From a virus (taxonomy: Duplodnaviria; Caudoviricetes), in the IMG/VR virus record IMGVR_UViG_3300021431_000101, positions 24,817 through 88,816 of that record: DNA of 64,000 nt; one strand, 5' to 3'. Positions within the stretch are counted from its first letter, which is position 1. Every line of letters begins with the position of its first letter. The position numbers and the translations under genes were made by a program. The notes under the pieces are model-generated. The model was not told where the DNA came from, did no database searches, and saw only the letters and a program-made list of their open reading frames with translations. This document shows, in pieces, positions 1-8,943 of the stretch.

Positions 1-2
1 CT

Positions 3-329
3 AATACTGTTCTTAATGCTATTGCTAATCAGAATACTATGATTACTAAGGAGTTCTGCGATTTGAAAGAACGTGAACTTCAGAATAAGATTAATACTCA
101 AGGTGATATTATAACTCAGCTTAGAGGTCAGATTAGTAATGATGCACAGTCTAAACAGTTTATGGAAGGACTTAGAGCACTAGATGACAAGATTGATGCT
201 ATAGCTGCAAAACAGCCAAATACTGTACCTGTTCAATATCCTAATTTAGTTGCTGCTAATGCTACACCTTTTATTGGAGGTGTTGGTTATACTCCAGGTT
301 ATTATCCTCAGAACAATTTTTGGAATTAA
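3..329 (+). CDS. 5'-truncated coiled-coil protein, first visible gene of a gut-phage cassette of unknown function
   Basis: Frame is open from base 3 (NTVLNAIANQNT...) through the ORF-track start at 39. C-terminus LPNTVPVQYPNL-type followed by a G/Y/N-rich tail. Confidence 0.7.
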   Translation, partial: NTVLNAIANQNTMITKEFCDLKERELQNKINTQGDIITQLRGQISNDAQSKQFMEGLRALDDKIDAIAAKQPNTVPVQYPNLVAANATPFIGGVGYTPGYYPQNNFWN

Positions 330-346
330 TTAGAAAGGAGGTAGCT

Positions 347-694
347 ATGAGTGGAACTACTAATTTTCCAGTTAATTTTTCTAATCTTAGAGGTATTCCT
401 ATGATAGCTAGTATATCTGTAGAAGTAACTACAGATAATGTAGTAATAGGTATTCCTAGAAGAGCTTTTAGAGGATTAGCAGATAGTGGTATATTAGCAT
501 TTAGACTTACACAAGCTATACCAGCAGGTGGTGCTGAACTTCCAGTAGTATTTAGTTCTGCTGATTTTCTTCAGCAACTTACTATAGTTGGTGGTACCCC
601 TGCAACAGGTGCTCAAATAACTCCAGCAGGTGTATATTTGATATGGTATGACAAATGTGCTAGTTCAATGCAATTATTAACTATTGCTCCTTAA
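347..694 (+). CDS. hypothetical cassette protein
   Basis: ORF 320..694. True start is probably ATG 347, preceded by AAAGGAGGT at 334-342. Confidence 0.75.
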   Translation: MSGTTNFPVNFSNLRGIPMIASISVEVTTDNVVIGIPRRAFRGLADSGILAFRLTQAIPAGGAELPVVFSSADFLQQLTIVGGTPATGAQITPAGVYLIWYDKCASSMQLLTIAP

Positions 695-727
695 TATTAT
701 AAGTATTAATCTTTTAATTGTAAAACT

Positions 728-1222
728 ATGTTTTTAAATTTAGGTCAAGGTAGTTTTATTTATGGTCTTGATATAAAAGATGATTACAAACTGTTTACAG
801 GTTTTGTAAATTCAGTTAGTGTTCCTCGTTCAAGATATGGAAATAATTTATATCCTATAACTACAGATACAATCATAGATGTTATAGCTACAGTTAATGG
901 TGATAAAAAAGAATTTAAACAAATTCCTAGTAATACATCTATTGCTGATTTTGGAGATGATTCTTTTATATTAGCTGATAGTAAAGAAGCATTAAACAAC
1001 TATATAGAATCTTTGCTACAAAGTAGTAAGAAAATTGTTGATAGTGTAGATAAACATAAAACATTAATAGAAAAATACAATAGAGTGTTAGATGATTTAT
1101 ATCCTAACAATAGTAGACAAGATGATAAAGTAGTACAAGAATTAAAGGAAGAAGTTGGTAATTTAAAATCACAACTTAAAGAAGCTATTGAATTACTTAA
1201 ATCTAAAGACATTAAAAATTAA
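728..1222 (+). CDS. hypothetical cassette protein with C-terminal coiled coil
   Basis: 164-aa ORF, A-rich leader, heptad-like C-terminus. Confidence 0.75.
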   Translation: MFLNLGQGSFIYGLDIKDDYKLFTGFVNSVSVPRSRYGNNLYPITTDTIIDVIATVNGDKKEFKQIPSNTSIADFGDDSFILADSKEALNNYIESLLQSSKKIVDSVDKHKTLIEKYNRVLDDLYPNNSRQDDKVVQELKEEVGNLKSQLKEAIELLKSKDIKN

Positions 1223-1227
1223 ATACA

Positions 1228-1434
1228 ATGGTTGTAATTAGAAGTAGAAATAACTCTGAAACAAAAGAGTTAATGAGAAAATTAAAAAGAATGCACAAGT
1301 TTGTAAAAGAACTTATGGAGTGTGTTGAAACTGAATATGAAGACGATGAGTTTGATGATGATGAAGATTATCGTGAAAACGAAACTATGTCCGAACGTAG
1401 AGGTACGATTAGACGTTATCGTCGTGGAATGTGA
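1228..1434 (+). CDS. small protein with acidic tract and Arg-rich tail
   Basis: 68 aa, EYEDDEFDDDEDY followed by ERRGTIRRYRRGM, tightly spaced in the operon. Confidence 0.7.
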   Translation: MVVIRSRNNSETKELMRKLKRMHKFVKELMECVETEYEDDEFDDDEDYRENETMSERRGTIRRYRRGM

Positions 1435-1451
1435 TAATTAAATTAATTAAC

Positions 1452-1482
1452 AAGAGGAACAGATATTATATTTGTTCCTCTT
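1452..1482 (+). terminator. intergenic hairpin (terminator or processing stem)
   Basis: AAGAGGAACA / TGTTCCTCTT perfect 10-bp inverted repeat. U-tail is weak. Confidence 0.5.
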
Positions 1483-1497
1483 ACAATTTAAACAATT

Positions 1498-1917
1498 ATG
1501 CATAGAGAAAATTTTACAGCATATGAAACTATGCCTGAAGATTTAGCTATTTATTTAAGTCATAATGGACCTCATTTTAATAAGAAAGCTTGTAAGTTTG
1601 CAACTGATAATATGTTTACTAAAGATGAAAACGGTGAAGAAAGAGAAATAACACCTTTTAGTAAACAAGAAGTTGATGAAATACTTAAAGCTTATGATGT
1701 TAAAATCAAAAATGGAAAACTATATGATGCAGTTTATATAGCTAATATGTGTAAAGCTGATTATCTTGGAAGTAGTGTTCCATCTGAAGATTATATGGCT
1801 AAATATATAAAAGATACTTTAGATGACCCTGATGGTCTTGAAGGTCTTACGTTTAATAGATGGATTGCTGATATGAAATGGATTGGAATACCTATTCCAT
1901 GGGATGAATTTATATGA
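1498..1917 (+). CDS. conserved hypothetical phage protein (DDPDG motif)
   Basis: 139 aa, YLSHNGPHF...ADYLGSS...DDPDG...IPWDEF, recognisable from Bacteroidetes phage cassettes. Confidence 0.75.
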   Translation: MHRENFTAYETMPEDLAIYLSHNGPHFNKKACKFATDNMFTKDENGEEREITPFSKQEVDEILKAYDVKIKNGKLYDAVYIANMCKADYLGSSVPSEDYMAKYIKDTLDDPDGLEGLTFNRWIADMKWIGIPIPWDEFI

Positions 1918-2303
1918 TTAAACAAGTATTTAATATAGAACATTATTGGAAGGTTATAGTATATTATGATATAGACTATAACCTTTTTGATGATGTATAT
2001 GATGATTTATATAAAGCAAATGTATCTACTAAAACTATTATAAGACTATTTAAAAACATTTCAACTTATAAAGCTAAAGCTGTTACAATATCTAATATTA
2101 AGAAAAATATATCTATTGTTGTTTTTAATAAACATAAAACTAATGAGGACTATATTAATTCTATAGTTCACGAAGCAGAACATATAAAACAACATATATT
2201 ACATAAATATAAAGTTAAAGATAGTGGTGAAGAACCAGCATATACAATAGGTTATATTGCTATGAATATGTTTGATGTTTTTATTAATTATATTTTAAGA
2301 TAA
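1914..2303 (+). CDS. putative HExxH metallopeptidase
   Basis: IVHEAEHI followed by downstream EEPAY (third ligand). ATGA overlap with the previous gene. Confidence 0.6.
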   Translation: MIKQVFNIEHYWKVIVYYDIDYNLFDDVYDDLYKANVSTKTIIRLFKNISTYKAKAVTISNIKKNISIVVFNKHKTNEDYINSIVHEAEHIKQHILHKYKVKDSGEEPAYTIGYIAMNMFDVFINYILR

Positions 2304-2340
2304 AAAGGTTTATAATTTTTTTGCACATTTTCAGCCACTC

Positions 2341-2408
2341 TACACAACGCTTTTATTTTCAGCCTTTTAAGTTGTCCACCAACACAATTTGACTGCGAAA
2401 ATGAGCCG
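2341..2408 (+). repeat. degenerate ~90-bp dispersed element, copy A
   Basis: CAACG(2345)...TCC(2375)...CGAAAATGAGCC(2396), with the same spacing as copy B at 35101. Confidence 0.45.
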
Positions 2409-2435
2409 TTTCTGTGGTTCATAGGGCAACAATCT

Positions 2436-2467
2436 CTTGCAAGGTATAAAGATTTTTATTATATTTG
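2436..2467 (+). promoter_or_regulatory. Bacteroidetes sigma70-type promoter
   Basis: CTTG (2436-39), 20 nt, TATATTTG (2460-67). Matches the TTTG-N19-21-TAnnTTTG consensus, upstream of the tail module. Confidence 0.6.
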
Positions 2468-2533
2468 TATTTGTATGATAATCTTGATGTTGTTAATGTT
2501 ATAACAACAAATAAAGATTGTATTATTATATAT

Positions 2534-2556
2534 AACCTCCCCCGTAGAAGAGATGT
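2534..2556 (-). repeat. G5 motif copy
   Basis: Minus strand ACATCTCTTCTACGGGGGAGGTT, intergenic. Confidence 0.85.
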
Positions 2557-2610
2557 AGATATTGTTGCCATGGTAATTGTAAGGTAAGTAAATGTTGTGA
2601 ACCAAATGCC

Positions 2611-2630
2611 ACATTTCTCTACGGGGGTTT
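2611..2630 (+). repeat. G5 motif copy
   Basis: ACATTTCTCTACGGGGGTTT, intergenic, inverted relative to 2534. Confidence 0.85.
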
Positions 2631-2657
2631 AATATTCCAACAAATAAACTTATAATT

Positions 2658-3350
2658 ATGGCATCTATTGCACAACTTACAAGTGAGCTTGCTCATTCAT
2701 TAGGGCAACCTAATAATAAAGCTCTTAGAGAAAATATAAAACTTCTTATATTAGAAACTAGAAATGAAGTTATAAGAAGAAGTTATGAAAATCATGGATA
2801 CGTTGATAAAGGTCTTACTCAAAGATATAAAGTAAGTTTAATATCTGTAAATGATGGTGAAGTTGTATTACCAGAAGGTTATGAAGATGTTGAAATTGAT
2901 AAAATAAGAAGAACAGAACAACAAGTTCCAAGACCTGTAAGACTTCCTAATAATTTACCATTTGATAGAGTTAGTACAGTAGGATTTAAAAATAATAGGG
3001 AAATACCTTTTATAAAAGAAACATCTGCTAGATTTAGAACTGCTATTCCTGGACTTTGTGGTATGCCTTGTTATGATTATATAAATGGTTTTATTTATAT
3101 ATTTCCAGCTGAAGGTAAAGATTGTCCTTATGGTAAAATTATAATAGAATCTGCATTTGAACATCCTAATGAAATCGATATAGCAAATGGTGTTACAACT
3201 GAATGGGATGCTTATATGGATACAAATGAATATCTTTTATCAGAAGACATGATTGGTCAAATAAAAGAAATAATATATAAAAGAGATATGTTATCTAATG
3301 TAAGACAAACAGATGAAATTCCTAAAACAATACAATTTAATCAAATATAA
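2658..3350 (+). CDS. tail ring/adaptor protein (crAss-like)
   Basis: 230 aa. Size and position before the IHF-like, tubular and muzzle genes match Crassvirales tail gene order. Confidence 0.55.
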   Translation: MASIAQLTSELAHSLGQPNNKALRENIKLLILETRNEVIRRSYENHGYVDKGLTQRYKVSLISVNDGEVVLPEGYEDVEIDKIRRTEQQVPRPVRLPNNLPFDRVSTVGFKNNREIPFIKETSARFRTAIPGLCGMPCYDYINGFIYIFPAEGKDCPYGKIIIESAFEHPNEIDIANGVTTEWDAYMDTNEYLLSEDMIGQIKEIIYKRDMLSNVRQTDEIPKTIQFNQI

Positions 3351-3352
3351 GT

Positions 3353-4297
3353 ATGGGAATAAAGAAAACACCGATAAGTATAAGAGTTTATTACAAAACT
3401 ATGAAAAATCGTTATAATGAAAAGTTAAACGAATTAGTCAATGAATGTAATGAATTAAAAACTTCTATAAAAACTATATATGAAGATATAAATAAAAATA
3501 TAGATAGTTATAAAAAACATATAAACTTAGAAGATTTTGATGAATTTACAAATAATGAATATACAACTGGTAAATTTTATAAAACAACAAAAGGTTTGTT
3601 TTATAAAGTAAAAAATACTGATGATTATGAACTTATAGCATTAGCTTCTGATTTATATAGTTTATCTAAAAAACAATTAGATTTATATAATGTAAAAAAA
3701 ACAGAAAACAAATATAAAACTATATTAAGTATTTCTTTTAAAGATTATGTTGCTATATTAAGAAGTTTTTATACAGAAGTACATAAACAACTGATATTAA
3801 AAGGTAGAGGTTATGCTTTAGAAGGAAAACTTGGATGGATTTGTATAAATAGAGTTCATATAAAAAAAGCTAGAAAATATATAGATTATCAAGCTACAAA
3901 GTTAAAGAAAAAAGAATTAAGAGTTCAAGGTAAAACTATATATAATAAAGAAGAAGCTGAATGGTGTAAACAAAATGGAATACCTTATGATGGTGTAGAT
4001 GGTAGAGTGTTTAGAAACATAGAATATTGTTATGAAGTTCCTCTTATAAATTGTACTTTACATAATAGTGTGAATTATAAATTAACAGTATCTGATTACA
4101 GAGGTAGTGAAATACGAGGTAAAACAAATATAGAACTAATAAAAAATTGTAACAGAGATAAAAATAAAATATGTGAGTTACCTTTAGATTTAAAATCTAA
4201 ACTCTCAATGTGTGATAATGTAGATAAAATGTTATATACAAATTTTATTAGAAATGAAAATCAAGAATCAATTAACTATACAAAGATTAGTAGGTAA
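3353..4297 (+). CDS. IHF/HU-like domain protein (crAss IHF_54 type)
   Basis: N-terminal coiled coil, then VHKQLILKGRGYALEGKLGWICINRV resembling HU/IHF beta arms. Conserved position before the tail tubular gene. Confidence 0.55.
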   Translation: MGIKKTPISIRVYYKTMKNRYNEKLNELVNECNELKTSIKTIYEDINKNIDSYKKHINLEDFDEFTNNEYTTGKFYKTTKGLFYKVKNTDDYELIALASDLYSLSKKQLDLYNVKKTENKYKTILSISFKDYVAILRSFYTEVHKQLILKGRGYALEGKLGWICINRVHIKKARKYIDYQATKLKKKELRVQGKTIYNKEEAEWCKQNGIPYDGVDGRVFRNIEYCYEVPLINCTLHNSVNYKLTVSDYRGSEIRGKTNIELIKNCNRDKNKICELPLDLKSKLSMCDNVDKMLYTNFIRNENQESINYTKISR

Positions 4298-5000
4298 AAT
4301 AGATAATGACTTTAATATTAGTGAAAGTGATTGGATACCTAGAGTTGCAGCTTGGACTATAGATGCTTTATCACAAATGAAAGTTCTTCCTTTTGAAAAG
4401 AAAAGAAGAAAACTAGAAGTGTCTGATAGAGTTGCAATATATCCTTGTGATATAAATAGTAAAGAATTTAAAGTGTTTGATAAAAATTGTAGAGAAATAC
4501 CTAATTTTAATGCTGCTAAAGATTGTTGTAATTCAGGGTTTGATGGTAAAAAATCAAATTCTGAAATTGCTGTTTTCGATAGTAGTAACAAAACTGGTAT
4601 AAATGCAATGCAGATAGCTACTGTTGTTAATTCAACAAATAGAAATTTTGTATTAAAAGGTAATAAAATATATTTAAATTTTGATACTGATTTTATATTT
4701 ACAGAATCTCTTGAAGTAGCTACTTATCATGATGACTATTATGATTGTGAATGTCCTTATATTTATGATGATGGTTTGTTATTAGAAGCATTAGCATGGT
4801 ATTGCTTATTTAAATATTTAAGTAGAGGTAGTTCACATCCTGTTTATAGTTTAAAATCTCCTAGTCCAGTAACTAATCCTTGGACTCAATGGAACACTCT
4901 TAGACCAAAAGCTGCTGCATCTGTTAAGATAGCTATTGGTAATAGTAGAGAAGGTTGGAATAATTTCTTTTATAATAGTACATTTTTACCTAGAAGTTAA
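4254..5000 (+). CDS. tail tubular/ring protein (P22 gp4-like)
   Basis: 248 aa, immediately upstream of the muzzle gene. Synteny with crAss-like phages. Confidence 0.6.
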   Translation: MKIKNQLTIQRLVGKIDNDFNISESDWIPRVAAWTIDALSQMKVLPFEKKRRKLEVSDRVAIYPCDINSKEFKVFDKNCREIPNFNAAKDCCNSGFDGKKSNSEIAVFDSSNKTGINAMQIATVVNSTNRNFVLKGNKIYLNFDTDFIFTESLEVATYHDDYYDCECPYIYDDGLLLEALAWYCLFKYLSRGSSHPVYSLKSPSPVTNPWTQWNTLRPKAAASVKIAIGNSREGWNNFFYNSTFLPRS

Positions 5001-5003
5001 ACT

Positions 5004-8000
5004 ATGGGACATATCATACCAAAATTAAATTTAAATAGAAATCCTGAACTTGTTGATAATTATGGTCTTGTATGTGCTAAAAATATAAGACTTTTACCAG
5101 ATGGTACTATAGGTCCAGATACTGCTGAAGTAAATTTAAATATACAAACTTTATTAAATGATTTACTTGAAACATCAGATGTTCTGTATAAGATAGTAGG
5201 TGTTATTCCTTATAACACTTGCTTTTATTTGTTTGTAGTATATGATAATAATTCATATATAATAAAATATGATGAAAAAACAAACAAGGTAGAAAAGTGT
5301 AATTGTAATTGGAATAGTCATTACACTGATGAAAACCCTACAAAAATAAATGGTCTTTGCAATGTAACATTACGAAATGAAATAATACTCAATATAGCTG
5401 AGTATTATGAAAATGAGAACGAAACTGTTGATAAGATACCATTTAAATCTATAAATTTAGCGTATAGTGATGAATCAGATGATGAATCTATTTATACTTT
5501 TGCTCCAAATATACCTGTTACAAATATAACATTTGAAGATTATTATTATGCTCAAATAAAAACAGGTATGTATGTGTTTTATGTAAGATATGAAATAAAA
5601 GATGGTGTATATACTAATTGGTTTTTAGCAAGTCTTCCAATGTATTCTGCATATTTTAAAACTTATAATACAGTACAAGGATATGTAAGAGGTATCGATG
5701 TTAATTTAGATGCAGATAAAGGATTTGTATTAAAAATAGACCATTTATTTGATGTAGGTAATATAAAGAAATTTCAATTAGGATTTAAAGCTTCTCTTGT
5801 TGATGGAGGTATTGTTGCAAGAAGTTGGAAAACATTTGATATAAGTACTAAACATATATATTTTGATTATTCTTTAGAGGATATAGAAGAAATAGATATA
5901 AGTGATTTAGAAAAGCCAGTAAATCAATTATATAATGTAAAAAATATTACTAATTTTAAAAACAAACTTTATTTTAGTAATTATACAGAAGAAGATTTTA
6001 ATCCTAATTTAATTATTCCTGATAATTATGTAACTATAGCACTTAAAACAAAAAAGTTTGAAACTAGGGGTTTAGTTATAAATGAAACTATATATAATGA
6101 TGTAACATTTGAAGTTGATTCTCAAAACGTTGCAACAGATAAAGTTATAAGTATAAAGGACCATAATGATATTTTGCATAGAGAAAATATTATAGATTGG
6201 TTTAAAGAAAGTGTTAGTACTATAGATGAGGTTATTCCTTATGGATATAACACGTTTTATACCACAGTTGATTTTTGTTTTAAATTTAATACTGCCGAAA
6301 TAGATGCAAAAACAAAAGATGGACAATCTACTCGTAAAACAAATATATACATAGTTATATCTCTTGATGATTATACAGAAACAGATACAATTTGTATAAA
6401 GCAAGGAGAATCTTGGAATTTTACTCCAACAGAACGCATACCAAATTGGAAGTTTACATTAGATTATGATGTAGGTTTTATTTCTGTTGATGGCTATAGA
6501 ATAACAAATGTAATTTTTGAACAAATAAACCCTTTAGATGATACAAAATATAAAATACAAAGATATAGCCCAGCACTTACTCTTGTAGGTAAAATAGTAC
6601 AAGGTCTTATAAATAATAATATTCAAACTTTGATACCATATCAAGGTTACAATTTTTATATACATTTTGTTAAAAGAAATGGTGTTGTAACAAATGGGTA
6701 TCCTATAGGTTCTGTTTATGTAGACAAAATTTCTGTACCAAATCTTGATGCTGTTAATTGTATTTATCCAACATTTACATTTAATGATGATTTACCTACT
6801 GGTTATGTAGGCTGCTTTATAAGTATGAGCCATGTTAAAAATCTCATAGTATCTTTATACACATTACATAAAAATTCACAAGATTCTATAAACAATGAAG
6901 ATACATCAGCTTTTGCAAATATTATAAATTATAAAGAAGCTTTTGATTTAGATACATTAAATATAGTTGAAAGTTTTGGTACAACGATTGACAAAGATGG
7001 TAATGATAAAGGACTTGGAACATATTATGCTGGTTCAGACCCAACAGATAGTAAAACTTTTGGTAGTAGTGGTAAATTTTACAGTCCTGAAGCTACAGCA
7101 GCTTATATCAAATATCCTTATAATGTAGAAAATGATGAAAATATAATATATAAAGCAACTAATTATATAACATATAATAGTGGTTACACATATGACAATG
7201 TAACAGATGTTTATTTACAAGGCTTTTTTTGTATTGTAACTAAACCAGCTAGAGCAGAATATGTACAATATATTGCAGGTAGTACTTTTTATTATAAAGA
7301 TTATGAAAATGATAATTATGATATTTATATAGAAACTGATTTACCTATATCACACAAATGGAACGATATAGGTGTGTCACACCCTAAAGTTGAAGTAGAT
7401 TTATATACTTATTTTGGTATATTTTCAAATTATAATAATAATTTTGTAACAATACAAGAAACTCCACAAACTAAAATAAAATCATATAAAGATACTCAAA
7501 ATCAATCTAGAACTAGAAATATTCTTTTAATAGATAGTGGTAATCTTTATCAAATATATTCGTTAAATGCAGCATTTAAAACTAAATTTACACAAGTATA
7601 TAAAAAAGAAAATAAATATCTTATTGATTTTAGTAATACAATTCGTAGTACTGGCATTTTAGATGAACAAGTAAATACTAGATATTATTTAGATGATACA
7701 GAATATTATAATATTCCTACAACAAAAGGAATAATCATAAATATGAAAGCTATAGGTAATTCTATAATAGTTCATACTGAAGATTCTATGTTTGTTTTTT
7801 CTGGTGCTAACACTTTATCTGCGCAAGGTGGAGAACAAATACAATTAAAAGAAGGAAACGTTTTTGAGTCTGGTATAAAAGAAGTATTTGGTTCAGAGTA
7901 TGGTTTTGGTGGTATACAAAAACATCATCATCAAATCAGTAGTGAAAATGGATATTTGTTTTATGATTCTGATAGCAAAAATATGTATGTATATCAAGAT

Positions 8001-8942
8001 AATCAACAATTACTTCCTATATCTAATAGTATAAAAAAGTTATTAAAAGATGTTATAGATGTAGAATTAGCTAGTGATTATTATAATGATAGATTTTTTA
8101 TAAAACTTATATATCCAAGTAGCAATAATTTAAGTAACAATGTAGTATTAAGTTTTAATGTAAAAACTAAATCATTTTTAAGTTTGCATGATATAAATTT
8201 TGATTATGCTTTCAATAGTAAAACTTTATGTTATTTTGTAAAAGATAATAATATTTATAGAAAAGAAGTTGTATATAGTTCAGAAAATACATTAGTGCAA
8301 CCGCTATACGATAATGTTGATATATTTCCAATATATATAAAACATACAAACGATAATAAAACTTTAGCTAAACCATATATTGATATTATATGTAATAACG
8401 ATTATGATAATGTTAAAGTTTTGGACTATGTTAGTTGGATATGTAAGAAAGTAAACAACCCCTATAGAGGAATACAGACAAATGAATTTGTTGAAACTGA
8501 TGACAATTCGCAATTAACAGAAATGAATGTTGCAGAAGAAGATGAAATAGATTATCCTGCACAAGGAATATTAATATATTCTAATCTTACTGCAAAAGGT
8601 ACAACATATTTCAAATTTAATACAGTAGCAGAATTAGATGCAATATTTAAAGAAAATAGAAGACTTTATGCTGAACAAGGTTTGTATGATGCTACAGGTG
8701 GCACTTATGGTAGTTTAAAACCTAGAGATATGCCTTATTTCCAATTAGGTCATTGGAACTATAATGGTTTTAGAAATGATTTAGATAACACTGATATTAC
8801 TGGAAGTGATTCTTATTCTGACAATAAGTCTTTGCTATATGGTAATTATTTTGTTGTACGATTGATATTTGATGTTGGTGTTAATTTTAAACTTAAAGAT
8901 TTAATGTTTGCAATAAATAACAGTTACGAAACAAGAAGATAA
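5004..8942 (+). CDS. tail muzzle / stabilization protein (P22 gp10-like)
   Basis: 1312 aa, beta-rich. KNKLYFSNY, WFLAS and GYLFYDSDSKNMYVY propeller-like segments, plus synteny. Confidence 0.7.
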   Translation: MGHIIPKLNLNRNPELVDNYGLVCAKNIRLLPDGTIGPDTAEVNLNIQTLLNDLLETSDVLYKIVGVIPYNTCFYLFVVYDNNSYIIKYDEKTNKVEKCNCNWNSHYTDENPTKINGLCNVTLRNEIILNIAEYYENENETVDKIPFKSINLAYSDESDDESIYTFAPNIPVTNITFEDYYYAQIKTGMYVFYVRYEIKDGVYTNWFLASLPMYSAYFKTYNTVQGYVRGIDVNLDADKGFVLKIDHLFDVGNIKKFQLGFKASLVDGGIVARSWKTFDISTKHIYFDYSLEDIEEIDISDLEKPVNQLYNVKNITNFKNKLYFSNYTEEDFNPNLIIPDNYVTIALKTKKFETRGLVINETIYNDVTFEVDSQNVATDKVISIKDHNDILHRENIIDWFKESVSTIDEVIPYGYNTFYTTVDFCFKFNTAEIDAKTKDGQSTRKTNIYIVISLDDYTETDTICIKQGESWNFTPTERIPNWKFTLDYDVGFISVDGYRITNVIFEQINPLDDTKYKIQRYSPALTLVGKIVQGLINNNIQTLIPYQGYNFYIHFVKRNGVVTNGYPIGSVYVDKISVPNLDAVNCIYPTFTFNDDLPTGYVGCFISMSHVKNLIVSLYTLHKNSQDSINNEDTSAFANIINYKEAFDLDTLNIVESFGTTIDKDGNDKGLGTYYAGSDPTDSKTFGSSGKFYSPEATAAYIKYPYNVENDENIIYKATNYITYNSGYTYDNVTDVYLQGFFCIVTKPARAEYVQYIAGSTFYYKDYENDNYDIYIETDLPISHKWNDIGVSHPKVEVDLYTYFGIFSNYNNNFVTIQETPQTKIKSYKDTQNQSRTRNILLIDSGNLYQIYSLNAAFKTKFTQVYKKENKYLIDFSNTIRSTGILDEQVNTRYYLDDTEYYNIPTTKGIIINMKAIGNSIIVHTEDSMFVFSGANTLSAQGGEQIQLKEGNVFESGIKEVFGSEYGFGGIQKHHHQISSENGYLFYDSDSKNMYVYQDNQQLLPISNSIKKLLKDVIDVELASDYYNDRFFIKLIYPSSNNLSNNVVLSFNVKTKSFLSLHDINFDYAFNSKTLCYFVKDNNIYRKEVVYSSENTLVQPLYDNVDIFPIYIKHTNDNKTLAKPYIDIICNNDYDNVKVLDYVSWICKKVNNPYRGIQTNEFVETDDNSQLTEMNVAEEDEIDYPAQGILIYSNLTAKGTTYFKFNTVAELDAIFKENRRLYAEQGLYDATGGTYGSLKPRDMPYFQLGHWNYNGFRNDLDNTDITGSDSYSDNKSLLYGNYFVVRLIFDVGVNFKLKDLMFAINNSYETRR
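8457..8473 (-). repeat. G-motif variant (CTATAGGGG class)
   Basis: Plus strand CAACCCCTATAGA (8456-8468), identical 13-mer at 16141 and 19888. Confidence 0.55.
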
Positions 8943-8943
8943 T

